A stretch of DNA of 64,000 nucleotides, taken from assembly GCA_046290225.1 (NCBI GenBank), contig JBKAGE010000070.1, positions 192,001 to 256,000 on the forward strand, written 5' to 3'. Of this stretch, positions 37,205-46,548 are shown piece after piece. Source of the DNA: Bradymonadia bacterium (GTDB lineage Bacteria > Myxococcota_A > Bradymonadia > UBA7976 > UBA1532). Positions within the stretch are counted from its first letter, which is position 1, and the number at the start of each line of letters is the position of its first letter. The notes beneath the pieces were generated by a model. The model saw nothing but the letters and a program-made list of their open reading frames with translations, was not told the origin of the DNA and did no database searches. Both the position numbers and the translations under genes were made by a program.

Positions 37205-38634
37205 AGAGGATGATCTGGGCCCTTGCCCTCGCCCTGACGGCGTGCGGTGGCCAGCCTGCGACACAGACGAGGCCCGCGGCGTCTGATGAGATGAATGTCG
37301 AGGCCCATGTGCAGTTGACCATGGACGAAGGCGCACCGCTCACCGATCAGGGTCGCCTCGTCTTCGCCTGGATCCCGATGGAGATGGCCCAAGTCTGGTT
37401 GGCGCAGGGCAGACCCCCAGCGGCGAGCCTCATGACGCTCATCGCCCATACGCAGACCATCACCGTTGCTCCAGATAAGCTGCTACAGGGGCACACCGCC
37501 CATCTCAGCCTGCCCTCGGATGCTCGAAATGCGCATTTGATGGCGCTCCTGGAGATGCGCGGTGGCTTCTGGGGCACGCTCCTCTCTGGTGGTCCGTTGA
37601 TGGCCTTGTCGAAAGCCCCTCTCTCCGAAGGCGCGCCCACCCTGACGCTCCATGCTCGGGCCCCCAAGGTCAGAAAGCCCACCCCTCACTGCGAGGGTCC
37701 TCGCTTTCGGCCCCTCGTGCTCGGTCCCGAGCCAGGTGCCCGGGCCTGTGTGCATCTGCCGAAGGGATATACGGAAGAAGAGGCCCGCTACCCGGTGGTC
37801 TATCTGCTCCCGGGGCTCACCGGTGATGACATGACCCGCTTCCACGGATCTGGCTTCACGGATCAGATGGACGCCCTCACCACCAAGATCGGGCAGAAGG
37901 TGATTCTGGTGGGGGTGAACACCCGCAGCGCTGCCGGCTCAGCCTATGCCCGCCCGAACCAGCCTGGCGGACCGCTCCCCTACCTGGACACGCTGGTCAA
38001 GACTGTGGACGACACCTTCCGCACCGTGCCCCACAGCAAGGGACGCATCTTGATGGGGCAGTCCACGGGGGGCTTCAACGCCATCTCCGTGGCATTGATC
38101 TGGCCCGGCGTCTTCGGCGCGGTGGGTGCATCTGGTCCCGATGGGCTCGATCTGCGCAGCTGGCTGCTGAAACCTGATGGCACCTTTGAAGAGCAGTGGT
38201 TTGCCTGGCTCCGTCTCGAAGCCGCGCTCACGGGGCCAGGTCAGTTTGTGAGCTACGCTGTGGCCTGGTCCCCTGATGCCGAGGGCAAGCCCCGCTGGCC
38301 GGTGGATCCGCAGACCGGTGCAGTGAACCCGGAGGTGATGGCGCTCTGGATGGCCCACAACCCCACCGGGATTGTGCAGACCCCCACTGGTCAAAAAGCC
38401 ATGCGCGATCTCGAAGGGCGCATCTATCTCGGCGTGGCCCGCGGGGACGAGTTCGATTTGTACGCCCCCACTCAGACATTCGCAGATCAACTCTCCGCCT
38501 TGGGCATCGAGCACACACTGAAGGTGGATGATAGCAGCCACTTCGACGCCAACGATCGTCTGGTGAAACTGATCGCCCTCGCCCTCGATGCCCTGAGCGG
38601 ACCTCAGAAGAGCACGGCGGACGCGACACCTTGA
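37201..38634 (+). CDS. Lipoprotein with alpha/beta-hydrolase (putative esterase) domain
   Basis: LTAC lipobox; LPKGY, YPVVYLLPG, nucleophile elbow GQSTGG, late Asp and His; 4-nt overlap with upstream gene. Confidence 0.85.
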   Translation: MKRMIWALALALTACGGQPATQTRPAASDEMNVEAHVQLTMDEGAPLTDQGRLVFAWIPMEMAQVWLAQGRPPAASLMTLIAHTQTITVAPDKLLQGHTAHLSLPSDARNAHLMALLEMRGGFWGTLLSGGPLMALSKAPLSEGAPTLTLHARAPKVRKPTPHCEGPRFRPLVLGPEPGARACVHLPKGYTEEEARYPVVYLLPGLTGDDMTRFHGSGFTDQMDALTTKIGQKVILVGVNTRSAAGSAYARPNQPGGPLPYLDTLVKTVDDTFRTVPHSKGRILMGQSTGGFNAISVALIWPGVFGAVGASGPDGLDLRSWLLKPDGTFEEQWFAWLRLEAALTGPGQFVSYAVAWSPDAEGKPRWPVDPQTGAVNPEVMALWMAHNPTGIVQTPTGQKAMRDLEGRIYLGVARGDEFDLYAPTQTFADQLSALGIEHTLKVDDSSHFDANDRLVKLIALALDALSGPQKSTADATP

Positions 38635-38714
38635 TCGATTGGCCTTGAGTCGCTGGGCCCTCTGTAGTCCATTCGCACAACTCAATCATACGATATGACG
38701 CAAGACGGACACCC

Positions 38715-40058
38715 ATGAGCATCAACATGCGCACCCCCCTGCCCTACCTGCTCCTCGCTGCCGGCTGGCTCGCCCCCAGCCTCGCCTCTGCGGAATACAC
38801 CGAGCCCAAGAAGGGTCCCGCCGCGGCCAATGCTGATCCCAAGCTGGTCAAGATGTACGAAGCGGGCTTCTACAACGACTACAAGAAGACCTTCAGCCGT
38901 GGAGATCGCAAAGAGCTGAACATGCTCGGCAACTTCGCCGAGCAGCAGCAGATCCTGAAGACCTCCGGGCCGCCGGACACCTACTGGATCACCGGGTGGG
39001 ATGGCGTGCCGGCGCCCCACCGCGAGCTCGCAGTGATTCAGGCGGGCATCAACCGCACGTGGCTCAAGGCGTGCCACGCAGACTTCGACGCCTACGAAGC
39101 CAAGATGAAGGTGGCCCGCAAGGGCTTCGACGACGACTTCGCCTTTGTGCGCGCCGAGACGACCTCGTTCTACGAAGGGGCCGACCGACTCCATCAGATG
39201 TGGAAGCGGGCCGCGGAGCTCTTCAAGAAAGAGAACCTCTATCTGACCCGGGGCCACATCCTCAACAACGCCTACATCTGGGGCGAGCTCGTGGCGCTGG
39301 AGTACGAGCTGGTGAAGCGCACCGGCCGAGGCAGCATGAGCCGCTACATCTCGCCGCAATGGGCCCGTGAGCGTGTGCGCATCAACCCCACCGACGTGAA
39401 CGCGCGCCGCATGGTCTACTGCTGGTCCGCCGCCGAGGCCGGCACCCCGACTTTGCCGATGCTCTCACAGGCCCGGGACTACGCCCACACCAAGGGCAAG
39501 TCCTTCATCCGTCACGTCTTCTCCAAAGAAGAGGCCAAAGAGGCCAAAGCCTGGGCCGACAGCGCCCGGCCCGTCGACCCCGACGCCCACAGCAACGATC
39601 GCATCATGCACGTCACCAGCGTCAACGCCAAAGCCAAGCCCGGCGGCATCGTCTTCGTGGGGTACGAGCGCCTCAGCCCCGCCTTCGAGGTCAAGAGCGT
39701 CTCCCGCAAAAAGGGCAAGACCCAAGTGAAGCTGGGCTTCACCCGCCCAGGCACTCAAAAGTACGACTGCAAGACCACCAACCGCGTGCAGCGCATCGCC
39801 TGGGACGGCGAGCTGCTCTACTACGCCGATTGCAAGAGCCGCCCCACCACCTTCGATGTCACCGCAGTGGTGAACTTCCAAGATCTCCCTGGCAGCGTCG
39901 ACATCAAGAAGGGCGACAAGCTCGGTGCCTTCGGCCGCATGACCAAGATCAAGACCAAGCAGAACAAGAAGAAAACTAAGACCAAGATCAACGTGACCCT
40001 CGATGGGCTGCACCTGCGAGACATCCGTCGCGGCGGCAAGGACATCACCTCTTATTGA
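38715..40058 (+). CDS. Secreted hypothetical protein, Lys-rich C-terminal beta domain
   Basis: Signal peptide ending ASA; strong coding-type codon bias; no recognisable family. Confidence 0.7.
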   Translation: MSINMRTPLPYLLLAAGWLAPSLASAEYTEPKKGPAAANADPKLVKMYEAGFYNDYKKTFSRGDRKELNMLGNFAEQQQILKTSGPPDTYWITGWDGVPAPHRELAVIQAGINRTWLKACHADFDAYEAKMKVARKGFDDDFAFVRAETTSFYEGADRLHQMWKRAAELFKKENLYLTRGHILNNAYIWGELVALEYELVKRTGRGSMSRYISPQWARERVRINPTDVNARRMVYCWSAAEAGTPTLPMLSQARDYAHTKGKSFIRHVFSKEEAKEAKAWADSARPVDPDAHSNDRIMHVTSVNAKAKPGGIVFVGYERLSPAFEVKSVSRKKGKTQVKLGFTRPGTQKYDCKTTNRVQRIAWDGELLYYADCKSRPTTFDVTAVVNFQDLPGSVDIKKGDKLGAFGRMTKIKTKQNKKKTKTKINVTLDGLHLRDIRRGGKDITSY

Positions 40059-40067
40059 GGTGTCACC

Positions 40068-40490
40068 TCAGAGTTCAGTCACGTCCACTACGCTGCTGGA
40101 CAGATAGCCCATACACGTGCGGCCATCGGCACCTTCGACGATCACGCTCCAGCCAATGCCTGCGCTGAACTCGCCGTTCTTCGCCGGGCCCAGCGTCAGC
40201 ACCTCCGTGCCCATGGGCACCTCGGCGAGCACATTGGAGACATCGCTCTCCGGGAACACAGGGTTGGATCGCAGCCGGGCGAAGCCGAGGGCATTCTCGC
40301 GCACCCTCACGCGGCCCTGATACACTCGCTTCTCGGGCACAGCCCGCACCTGACGATGCGCGTCGGTGTAGGCGATGGGTGGTGCCTTGCTGCACGTGCC
40401 CTCGATCTCGAGCTGATCGGCAGTCCCCTGGGCGCACCCGGCGCACGCCACAATGCAGAGTGCCAGTACAGATGTGATCAGACGATGCAT
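40068..40490 (-). CDS. Small lipoprotein, possible SH3-like domain
   Basis: CAGC lipobox; ARLRS.P...SNVLAEVPMGT.V...W..V...GYLSS resembles SH3b patterns. Confidence 0.55.
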   Translation of the reverse strand: MHRLITSVLALCIVACAGCAQGTADQLEIEGTCSKAPPIAYTDAHRQVRAVPEKRVYQGRVRVRENALGFARLRSNPVFPESDVSNVLAEVPMGTEVLTLGPAKNGEFSAGIGWSVIVEGADGRTCMGYLSSSVVDVTEL

Positions 40491-40642
40491 GCTCAGCTCT
40501 CCCGTGCAATGTGCCGCACGACGGAACACATGAGCTCGCTGATTTATTCCAGCTCAGCCCACTTGCGGCCCTTCCGCGATATCCGCTCTGATGCATCTGC
40601 ACCGACTCGCCCACAAGGCCAGATGTGAGGAAAGACAGGTAC

Positions 40643-41101
40643 ATGCGCATTGCATGGATGAAGATCTCTGACGCGCGACATCAACTCTCTTTGTCTCGCC
40701 CAGACGGCACAACTGACGTCATCGAGCTGGAGTCGCGCAGCTTGCTGCTTCACGACTTTGTTCACTTTGCGTTGGAATCGGAGCTGGACACCGACCATGG
40801 TGTCTTTGGCCGCCTGTCGCGTGGGCTCGATTTGAAGGCGCTGAGTGATCCGAGCCTCACGCCTTTGGAAGGCGAGCTGCTCGTCATTGAGCAGCTGGTG
40901 GGTCCCCTTCAGGCGGTCTTTCAAGGCAAACTCGATGCGCGATCCTATCTCGACATTGCAGAGGGTCAGCACCCAGGTGTGATGGATGCCGAGAAGCTCG
41001 AACGCATCCTGAGCCACGTGCGCGCACTCTGGGGGGCGTGGCGAAAAACCCCCTACCGTCAATCAATGACACGTGACTGGCCACCACATCAAAGACGTTG
41101 A
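40643..41101 (+). CDS. Hypothetical protein with HD.VH..LE motif
   Basis: ORF of about 150 aa, LLHDFVHFALE...GVFG; GAGG upstream. Confidence 0.6.
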   Translation: MRIAWMKISDARHQLSLSRPDGTTDVIELESRSLLLHDFVHFALESELDTDHGVFGRLSRGLDLKALSDPSLTPLEGELLVIEQLVGPLQAVFQGKLDARSYLDIAEGQHPGVMDAEKLERILSHVRALWGAWRKTPYRQSMTRDWPPHQRR

Positions 41102-41204
41102 GAGTTGATAGAGAGCGATCTCTCATCGCGTTGTGTGCTCAGGGCCTGCTCCAGCGAGCATACACTCTTCACAGACACGCGGTTGAGCCAAACCAGGACA
41201 CGCC

Positions 41205-41414
41205 TCACTGACAGAACTCGAAGGCCGCCACGGGCTCGCTGACGAGCAAAATGTGCTCTTCCTGGTACATGGCGTCGATCTCGCTCTTGAGCTCTCTGGC
41301 CCTGCACATCATCGAGCTCCTGGTGATGGGCATGTCGTCGGGCAACCTCGAAGCCACTTCACGTACTCGAGTGAGTTCATCTCTCAGTCGGGTAATCGTC
41401 TCCGCCTTGCTCAT
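41205..41414 (-). CDS. Small helical hypothetical protein (69 aa)
   Basis: GGAGGA RBS before ATG 41414; MSKAETITRLRDEL... amphipathic helices. Confidence 0.6.
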   Translation of the reverse strand: MSKAETITRLRDELTRVREVASRLPDDMPITRSSMMCRARELKSEIDAMYQEEHILLVSEPVAAFEFCQ

Positions 41415-41515
41415 CAAGGTCCTCCACTCAAAATGAGTCACCGCCCATATTGCCCCCCAGTACTTGATTGACGGCATATCGAGGATTCCGTCACAGTTTT
41501 TTTGCTGTTCAGCAT

Positions 41516-41541
41516 AAAAAAACCCACCTGACGGCGGGTTT
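41516..41541 (-). terminator. Rho-independent terminator downstream of 41570-42118
   Basis: Minus strand ACCCGCC-GTCA-GGTGGGT hairpin followed by a T-run. Confidence 0.75.
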
Positions 41542-41569
41542 GAGGGGGGATTTGCGTGAGAGGACACCC

Positions 41570-42118
41570 TCAGCGGCAGATCTTTCGGCGCAACTTCTTG
41601 CAGTCCACTTTGTAGTCACTGGTGAGCAACAACATCTTGCGCAGCGACTGGGGATCGAAGGGCTTAAGCTTTTTGGGCTTGTCTCCACAGCCACTGCCAC
41701 CAGCGGTCTGGCCATAGACTGCCACACTGGCTTTCTTGTGCTTCTTGCCGAAGCTCGAGCAGCACACCGTCTTCTCGATCATCAACTTCAGATCCTGCAC
41801 GGCGTACCGCTCGACGCCGCTGGAGCAGCTCTTGGGCTTGCGGCGGTCCCAACGCGTTTTCCAGTGATCTGAGTAGCAGCGCCGGAGCGAATCACGGGCG
41901 CGCTCACGGCACCGATTGGGCACGGCGCCGCCACAACTGCCCCTGCCGACGAAGTCGCCCACTCTCCATTGAGCAGGGGTCTTGGGGGGCACGCCATCGG
42001 CAAGGGTCTCGACGATGAGATAGCCCCCGTCGCAACTGCGCTTGATCTTCTTCGCCTCTGCAGTCCAGGGCGACAGGATGAGAAGAAGGGCGGTGGTGAT
42101 GCCGAGGAGATTGTACAT
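41570..42118 (-). CDS. Secreted basic Cys-containing hypothetical protein
   Basis: Signal peptide ending AEA; ten Cys; Lys/Arg-rich; GAGGT RBS; own terminator. Confidence 0.75.
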   Translation of the reverse strand: MYNLLGITTALLLILSPWTAEAKKIKRSCDGGYLIVETLADGVPPKTPAQWRVGDFVGRGSCGGAVPNRCRERARDSLRRCYSDHWKTRWDRRKPKSCSSGVERYAVQDLKLMIEKTVCCSSFGKKHKKASVAVYGQTAGGSGCGDKPKKLKPFDPQSLRKMLLLTSDYKVDCKKLRRKICR

Positions 42119-42244
42119 GGTGTCACCTCTGGGTTGGGGTGTTGACGAGCTGTGTGTGGTTGCTCATTCCCCAAGGCGACACGTCTTCGACGCAGACGAC
42201 ACGATTCGGTGATTTTTTCGCAGTTCGACCAAAATGGCAGGATC

Positions 42245-42622
42245 TCAGCGCTGCTCGACCTCGGACACTTCGGGGTTCGTCAGGGCTACGGCGCCGAGAA
42301 TCCCACCGCCCATCACCATCAAGGCGACGCGATAGAGCATCGCCTCACTGAAGAGCGCCCCGCCTGCGAGGAGCACCACCCCTGCCGCAGCATCGAGCCC
42401 AAGGTGCATGGGAAACGAGATCAGGTGCTTCCGGCCGAGGGCATAGGTGGTGAGCATGCTGTAGAGCAGATTGGCCACGCCGATGATGCCCGGCAGGATC
42501 GCCGCAGCGAGTGAGACGCCCTGTTGCCACGCCACGACGGCCAGCGCCACCAGCGAGACATCTACGAGCATATCCAAGACGCCATGTACCCGGTGGGTGA
42601 TGAATTGCCACGGACGCGCCAT
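42245..42622 (-). CDS. Small membrane protein (SPW-repeat-like)
   Basis: HGVLD, YSMLT.YALG...ISF.MHL.LD motifs; about four TM helices; GGAGGA RBS. Confidence 0.7.
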   Translation of the reverse strand: MARPWQFITHRVHGVLDMLVDVSLVALAVVAWQQGVSLAAAILPGIIGVANLLYSMLTTYALGRKHLISFPMHLGLDAAAGVVLLAGGALFSEAMLYRVALMVMGGGILGAVALTNPEVSEVEQR

Positions 42623-42688
42623 CAAGTCCTCCTGTCATCTCATCGTGTGTGCAGTCGCGCCAGGAGAGCACAGCGAGCGCCAGCGAGC

Positions 42689-42871
42689 GAGCCTGTTCGG
42701 CCTACGGCCGAACGCTTCGGAGCCGACGGAGGCGAAGCCGGAGGAGCGGAGAAGCGCCCGAAGGGCAGGCTCTGAAAAAATACTGCCGACGGAGGCGAAG
42801 CCGGAGGAGCGGAGAAGCGCCCGAAGGGCAGGCTCCCTAGAAACACTGCAGGCTCTGAAAAAATACTGCCG
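42689..42871. repeat. 84-bp structured element copy 2 plus partial tandem duplications abutting the tRNA 3' end
   Basis: Full copy 42689-42772; 51-bp exact direct repeat 42722-42772 / 42785-42835; 24-bp exact direct repeat 42765-42788 / 42848-42871. Confidence 0.88.
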
Positions 42872-42939
42872 GGGACAGGACTCGAACCTGCAACCTACTG
42901 CTTACAAAACAGTTGCTCTACCAATTGAGCTACCCCGGC
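42867..42939 (-). tRNA. trnT: tRNA-Thr (anticodon UGU), CCA not encoded
   Basis: GCCGGGG/CCCCGGC acceptor stem, D-arm GCTCAATTGGTAGAGC, anticodon arm ACTGT-TTTGTAA-GCAGT, T-loop GGTTCGAGTCC. Confidence 0.96.
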
Positions 42940-43002
42940 CTGCATCCACAACGCGATGCGCCGTTCTGTGGCGGCGTATTTGAGGGCAACCTTTGCCCGA
43001 GA

Positions 43003-46000
43003 TCAACTCTCCTCGTCGAGTGCCCCTTCGTACAGCACCTCGAGGCGTTGCGCGTATGTCGCCAGAGTCGCCGCCCCCTCCTCGCCGAAGCGGTCCTCCA
43101 TACGGCGCAACATGCGCTGCGCATCTGCCACATAGGGCAGCGCCAGGCGGGTCAGCAGATCCACCGATCGGCGTACACAGACGATGGCTTCGACATCATC
43201 ACGTTGAGCGAGATGGTGACCGAGGTTGTGACAGACCCGAGCCTCGTTCTGCATGTCGTTCACTCGCCGGGAAGCCACCAGAGCTGCGCGGAAGTGACGC
43301 TCTGCCTCCCCAGCGTGTCCCAGGCTCTGACAGGCGATGGCCAGGTTGTTGAGGATCCGACCCTTGAGCGACTCTGCTCGAAGGCGTTCGTTCAGCGCCA
43401 GAGCCTCTTGCCCCAGAGCCCGCGCCTGACCTGGACGGCCGCGCTCCTGCTCGCACATCGCCAGCACATTGAGCAGCTTCATCTCCCCCGTGAGATCACC
43501 TGTACGGCGGTACTGCGACAGCGCCGCTTCACCGGCCTCGATGGCCGGCTCCGGACGATCGAGGCGCAACAGCGCACCACATTTGATGAACAGCGCCCGT
43601 GCTTCGATCCAGGCGCTGCGGCCCGCGGCAGGGCTCTGATGAATCACCTGGGCCTTCTCCAGCGCCTCTGCATAGCGACTGGTTTCCAGCTCGATGAAGG
43701 CTTCCAACAGCGTCAGTTGCGCCGCGAGCTCGGTGAAGCCTCCGATGGCCGCCTTCTCGTGGGCGTCGCCCAAAGCTTCCAGGGCTTCTGTGTATGCCCC
43801 TCGGCAACGTAAGCAGTCTGCGAGGCGCTCCCGGGCCTTCAGAGACTCTGCAGTGAGACTCAACGCCTCGAAATCCTCCACCGCCTGAAGCAACAGAGCC
43901 TCACCAGCACCCAGCTCACCTCGGCTCACCGCCCATTGGCCACGGACAAATGCCAGCCAGGCGGAGGCGAGGGGCTCAGGCTGGCCCTCAAGGCCCTCCA
44001 CCGCCTCATCGTACAGCTCGGCATCCATACGGCTGATGGCCAGACGACCCTGGCCGATGGCGAGCCGCACCTGCCGGGGCATACCTCCGTGTTGAGACTC
44101 CGCGTCGTCGAGGCTCGCCCTGGCGCGCTGGAACAGATCCAACGCCGCTCGATAGCGCCCGCCGGCGAGGGCGTACTCCGCCCCATCGAGCAGCCAGTCC
44201 GCAGCACGAGGATCTCGCGCAGATTGAAGATGACGCCCGATCTGACCTGCGAGGCCCATCCGCGCTCGGTGGCCCGACATCAGCAATTCAGCAGCGAGGC
44301 GATGCCAGACGTGGGCCTCTTCGAGTTGATCTGTGGCCTGGCTCAGGGCGCTGTACGCCAGGCCATGCTCGAAGCGAATGCCCCCACCAGCGGTCTCCAC
44401 CAGCACGCCATCGGCGATCCAACGCTCCAGCGCGCGCTCCATCGCCCCCGGCTCGGGGGCATCGACGAGCCCGAGGACCTGCCCCAACATGTCTACATCG
44501 GGGGCCTGACCCAGCACACTGGCCACATACAACACCCGGGCGTCCCAGCGCTCTTCTGGCGTGCCCTCGGCCATCCGGGCGACCCGATGACGGAGATCGT
44601 CTCCCCACCGGCCATGAGACAGCCAGCGCTCGCCACCATCTGCGAGCCAGAAGTGATCCCCGCTCTCGAAGATCATCCCTTCCTGGCTCATCTCTCGGAC
44701 CAGACGCACCAGCCAGTAGGGGTTGCCCCCAGCGTGGCGGCACAGCACCGTGCGGGCCCCTGGCTCCAGAGGCAACATCGCGCGCAACAGTGCATCAGCA
44801 TCTGCAGCATCGAGACGGGGCACATCGATCACCTGCACCCGCTCGTGGGCAAAGAGCGCCGTGTACCCATCCTCGGCCCCAGCGACACACGTACCCACGA
44901 TGAAGACCGGCCAGCTGCGCCAGTGATCAGTCTCCAACAGGTGGGAGATCAGCCGGCTCAGGGCGTCGCTGTCCGCCCAGTGCATGCCTTCGAAGCACAG
45001 CAGTAACGGCTTGTCTCGGCGCAACTGCTCCAAGACCCCGATGAGCAATTCCAGACGTAAACGGCGCCGATCTTCATCTTCTCCGGCCGCGCCGGTGGCG
45101 TATGTCATGTGTGGGCCGAACCAGCCCCACAGCAGGTTGCGGCAGGTGCGGTGACGGGCCGAATCCATCACACCGTCCTCGCCCTCTGCCATGAGCTGCG
45201 CTGCCTCGTCCCAGGTGGCCGGATCGCGTAAATCGATGCCCAGGCTCAAGGCGATTGCCTCATTGAGCGCCTCGAGCATCTCCTGGCCTTCCGTGGCCCG
45301 AGGTCTGATCTCCAGAGGCGTGGCCAGGCCTCGCTCGGAGAACACTTCTTTGAGCCAGCGCGCCAGGCGGCGCTTCCCGATCCCCCGAGCTCCACGGAGG
45401 ATCAACGCCCCCGAACGGCCATCTTCCAGGTGCGACACCCCCGTATCGAACAGGTGTCGCTGCAGCTCGCCTCGACCGGTGAGGGGTGGAGACTTCATGG
45501 TGAGCAGGCGGAACCGGTTATCCGGAATGTAGTTGCGCCGGACCACCCGAGGACCAATCGGGCTGACCAGAGGGGGGGGCCCTGTGTCCACCACCGTGGG
45601 CAGAGGTGATTGTGGCCCTCTCACCGAGCTCATACCCAACTCGAAATCAGGGATCTCGAGCAGGCGGCTGCGCACGTCGGCCGCACACGCCGGACGGCGC
45701 CAGGGCGAACGGCTGAGCAGCTCTGCCACGAGCTTCGACAACGCCTCTGGCGGCTCTCCACCACCCTTCAGGGTCAGCGGCGGCGCCTCTTGAGTGAGGC
45801 GTTGCACGATCATGGCCATGGGTGTCGGCGCATGGAACGGGGTACGCCCCGAGAGCAACTGAAAGAGCAAACAGCCCACTGCATAGAGATCCGAAGCGGG
45901 GCCGATTTGTCGACTGCGCCCCTGGGCCTGCTCCGGCGCCATGTACGCCGGCGTGCCCACCGTGCGATCCCCGAGCAGGGTGCCGTGGGTCTTCTTGGGC

Positions 46001-46536
46001 GACGCCAGCTCCGAGGTCCCGGCGACGTGCCCAGCATTCTCGACCTCTTCGCTGATCTTGGCGATGCCGAAGTCCACCAGCTTCAGCGCCTTCTGAGGCG
46101 CCGCGGTGATGAGGATGTTCTCCGGCTTGAGATCGCGGTGCACCACCCCCCGGGCGTGGGCATACGCCAGCGTGCGCAGCAACGCCTCGATCACAAAGCG
46201 TACGTCGGCCCAGCTGAAAGCCTCCACGGGCAGCTGAGCCAGGCTGCACCCCGAGATGAACTCCATCACGTAGAAAGGGCGTCCGTTGTGATCAACGCCA
46301 TGATCGAGCACCTGGACCACGCCAGGGTGATCGAGGCGAGCCACAGCTCTGATCTCGCGGTTGAAGAGCCGAACCATCCGCAGATCGCTCGCGCCGGCAT
46401 CGCGGATGATCTTCACCGCCACGGTCCGGGCGGTGCGCTGGTCCACCGCACGATAGACCGCCCCCATGCCTCCCTCTCCCACGAGGGCCTCCAGGTGGTA
46501 CCGATCGGCGATGAGGCCCTGGGACAAAGTGTCCAT
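43003..46536 (-). CDS. Ser/Thr protein kinase - P-loop ATPase-like - TPR multidomain protein
   Basis: GEGGMG.VY, VAVK, HRDLKPEN, DFG, GTPAYMAPEQ, DLYAVG; central GARGIGKRR, FEGMHWAD, GGNPYW, F.H; C-terminal TPR-like repeats. Confidence 0.92.
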   Translation of the reverse strand: MDTLSQGLIADRYHLEALVGEGGMGAVYRAVDQRTARTVAVKIIRDAGASDLRMVRLFNREIRAVARLDHPGVVQVLDHGVDHNGRPFYVMEFISGCSLAQLPVEAFSWADVRFVIEALLRTLAYAHARGVVHRDLKPENILITAAPQKALKLVDFGIAKISEEVENAGHVAGTSELASPKKTHGTLLGDRTVGTPAYMAPEQAQGRSRQIGPASDLYAVGCLLFQLLSGRTPFHAPTPMAMIVQRLTQEAPPLTLKGGGEPPEALSKLVAELLSRSPWRRPACAADVRSRLLEIPDFELGMSSVRGPQSPLPTVVDTGPPPLVSPIGPRVVRRNYIPDNRFRLLTMKSPPLTGRGELQRHLFDTGVSHLEDGRSGALILRGARGIGKRRLARWLKEVFSERGLATPLEIRPRATEGQEMLEALNEAIALSLGIDLRDPATWDEAAQLMAEGEDGVMDSARHRTCRNLLWGWFGPHMTYATGAAGEDEDRRRLRLELLIGVLEQLRRDKPLLLCFEGMHWADSDALSRLISHLLETDHWRSWPVFIVGTCVAGAEDGYTALFAHERVQVIDVPRLDAADADALLRAMLPLEPGARTVLCRHAGGNPYWLVRLVREMSQEGMIFESGDHFWLADGGERWLSHGRWGDDLRHRVARMAEGTPEERWDARVLYVASVLGQAPDVDMLGQVLGLVDAPEPGAMERALERWIADGVLVETAGGGIRFEHGLAYSALSQATDQLEEAHVWHRLAAELLMSGHRARMGLAGQIGRHLQSARDPRAADWLLDGAEYALAGGRYRAALDLFQRARASLDDAESQHGGMPRQVRLAIGQGRLAISRMDAELYDEAVEGLEGQPEPLASAWLAFVRGQWAVSRGELGAGEALLLQAVEDFEALSLTAESLKARERLADCLRCRGAYTEALEALGDAHEKAAIGGFTELAAQLTLLEAFIELETSRYAEALEKAQVIHQSPAAGRSAWIEARALFIKCGALLRLDRPEPAIEAGEAALSQYRRTGDLTGEMKLLNVLAMCEQERGRPGQARALGQEALALNERLRAESLKGRILNNLAIACQSLGHAGEAERHFRAALVASRRVNDMQNEARVCHNLGHHLAQRDDVEAIVCVRRSVDLLTRLALPYVADAQRMLRRMEDRFGEEGAATLATYAQRLEVLYEGALDEES

Positions 46537-46548
46537 CGTGCTCTCGTC

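Noticed and set aside
42689..42871. CRISPR array
   Set aside because: Only two or three overlapping repeats of unequal length, no regular unique spacers, no cas genes.
38715..42939. Intact prophage or integrative element at tRNA-Thr
   Set aside because: No integrase, phage or conjugation genes, and no long distal duplicate of the tRNA 3' end was seen.
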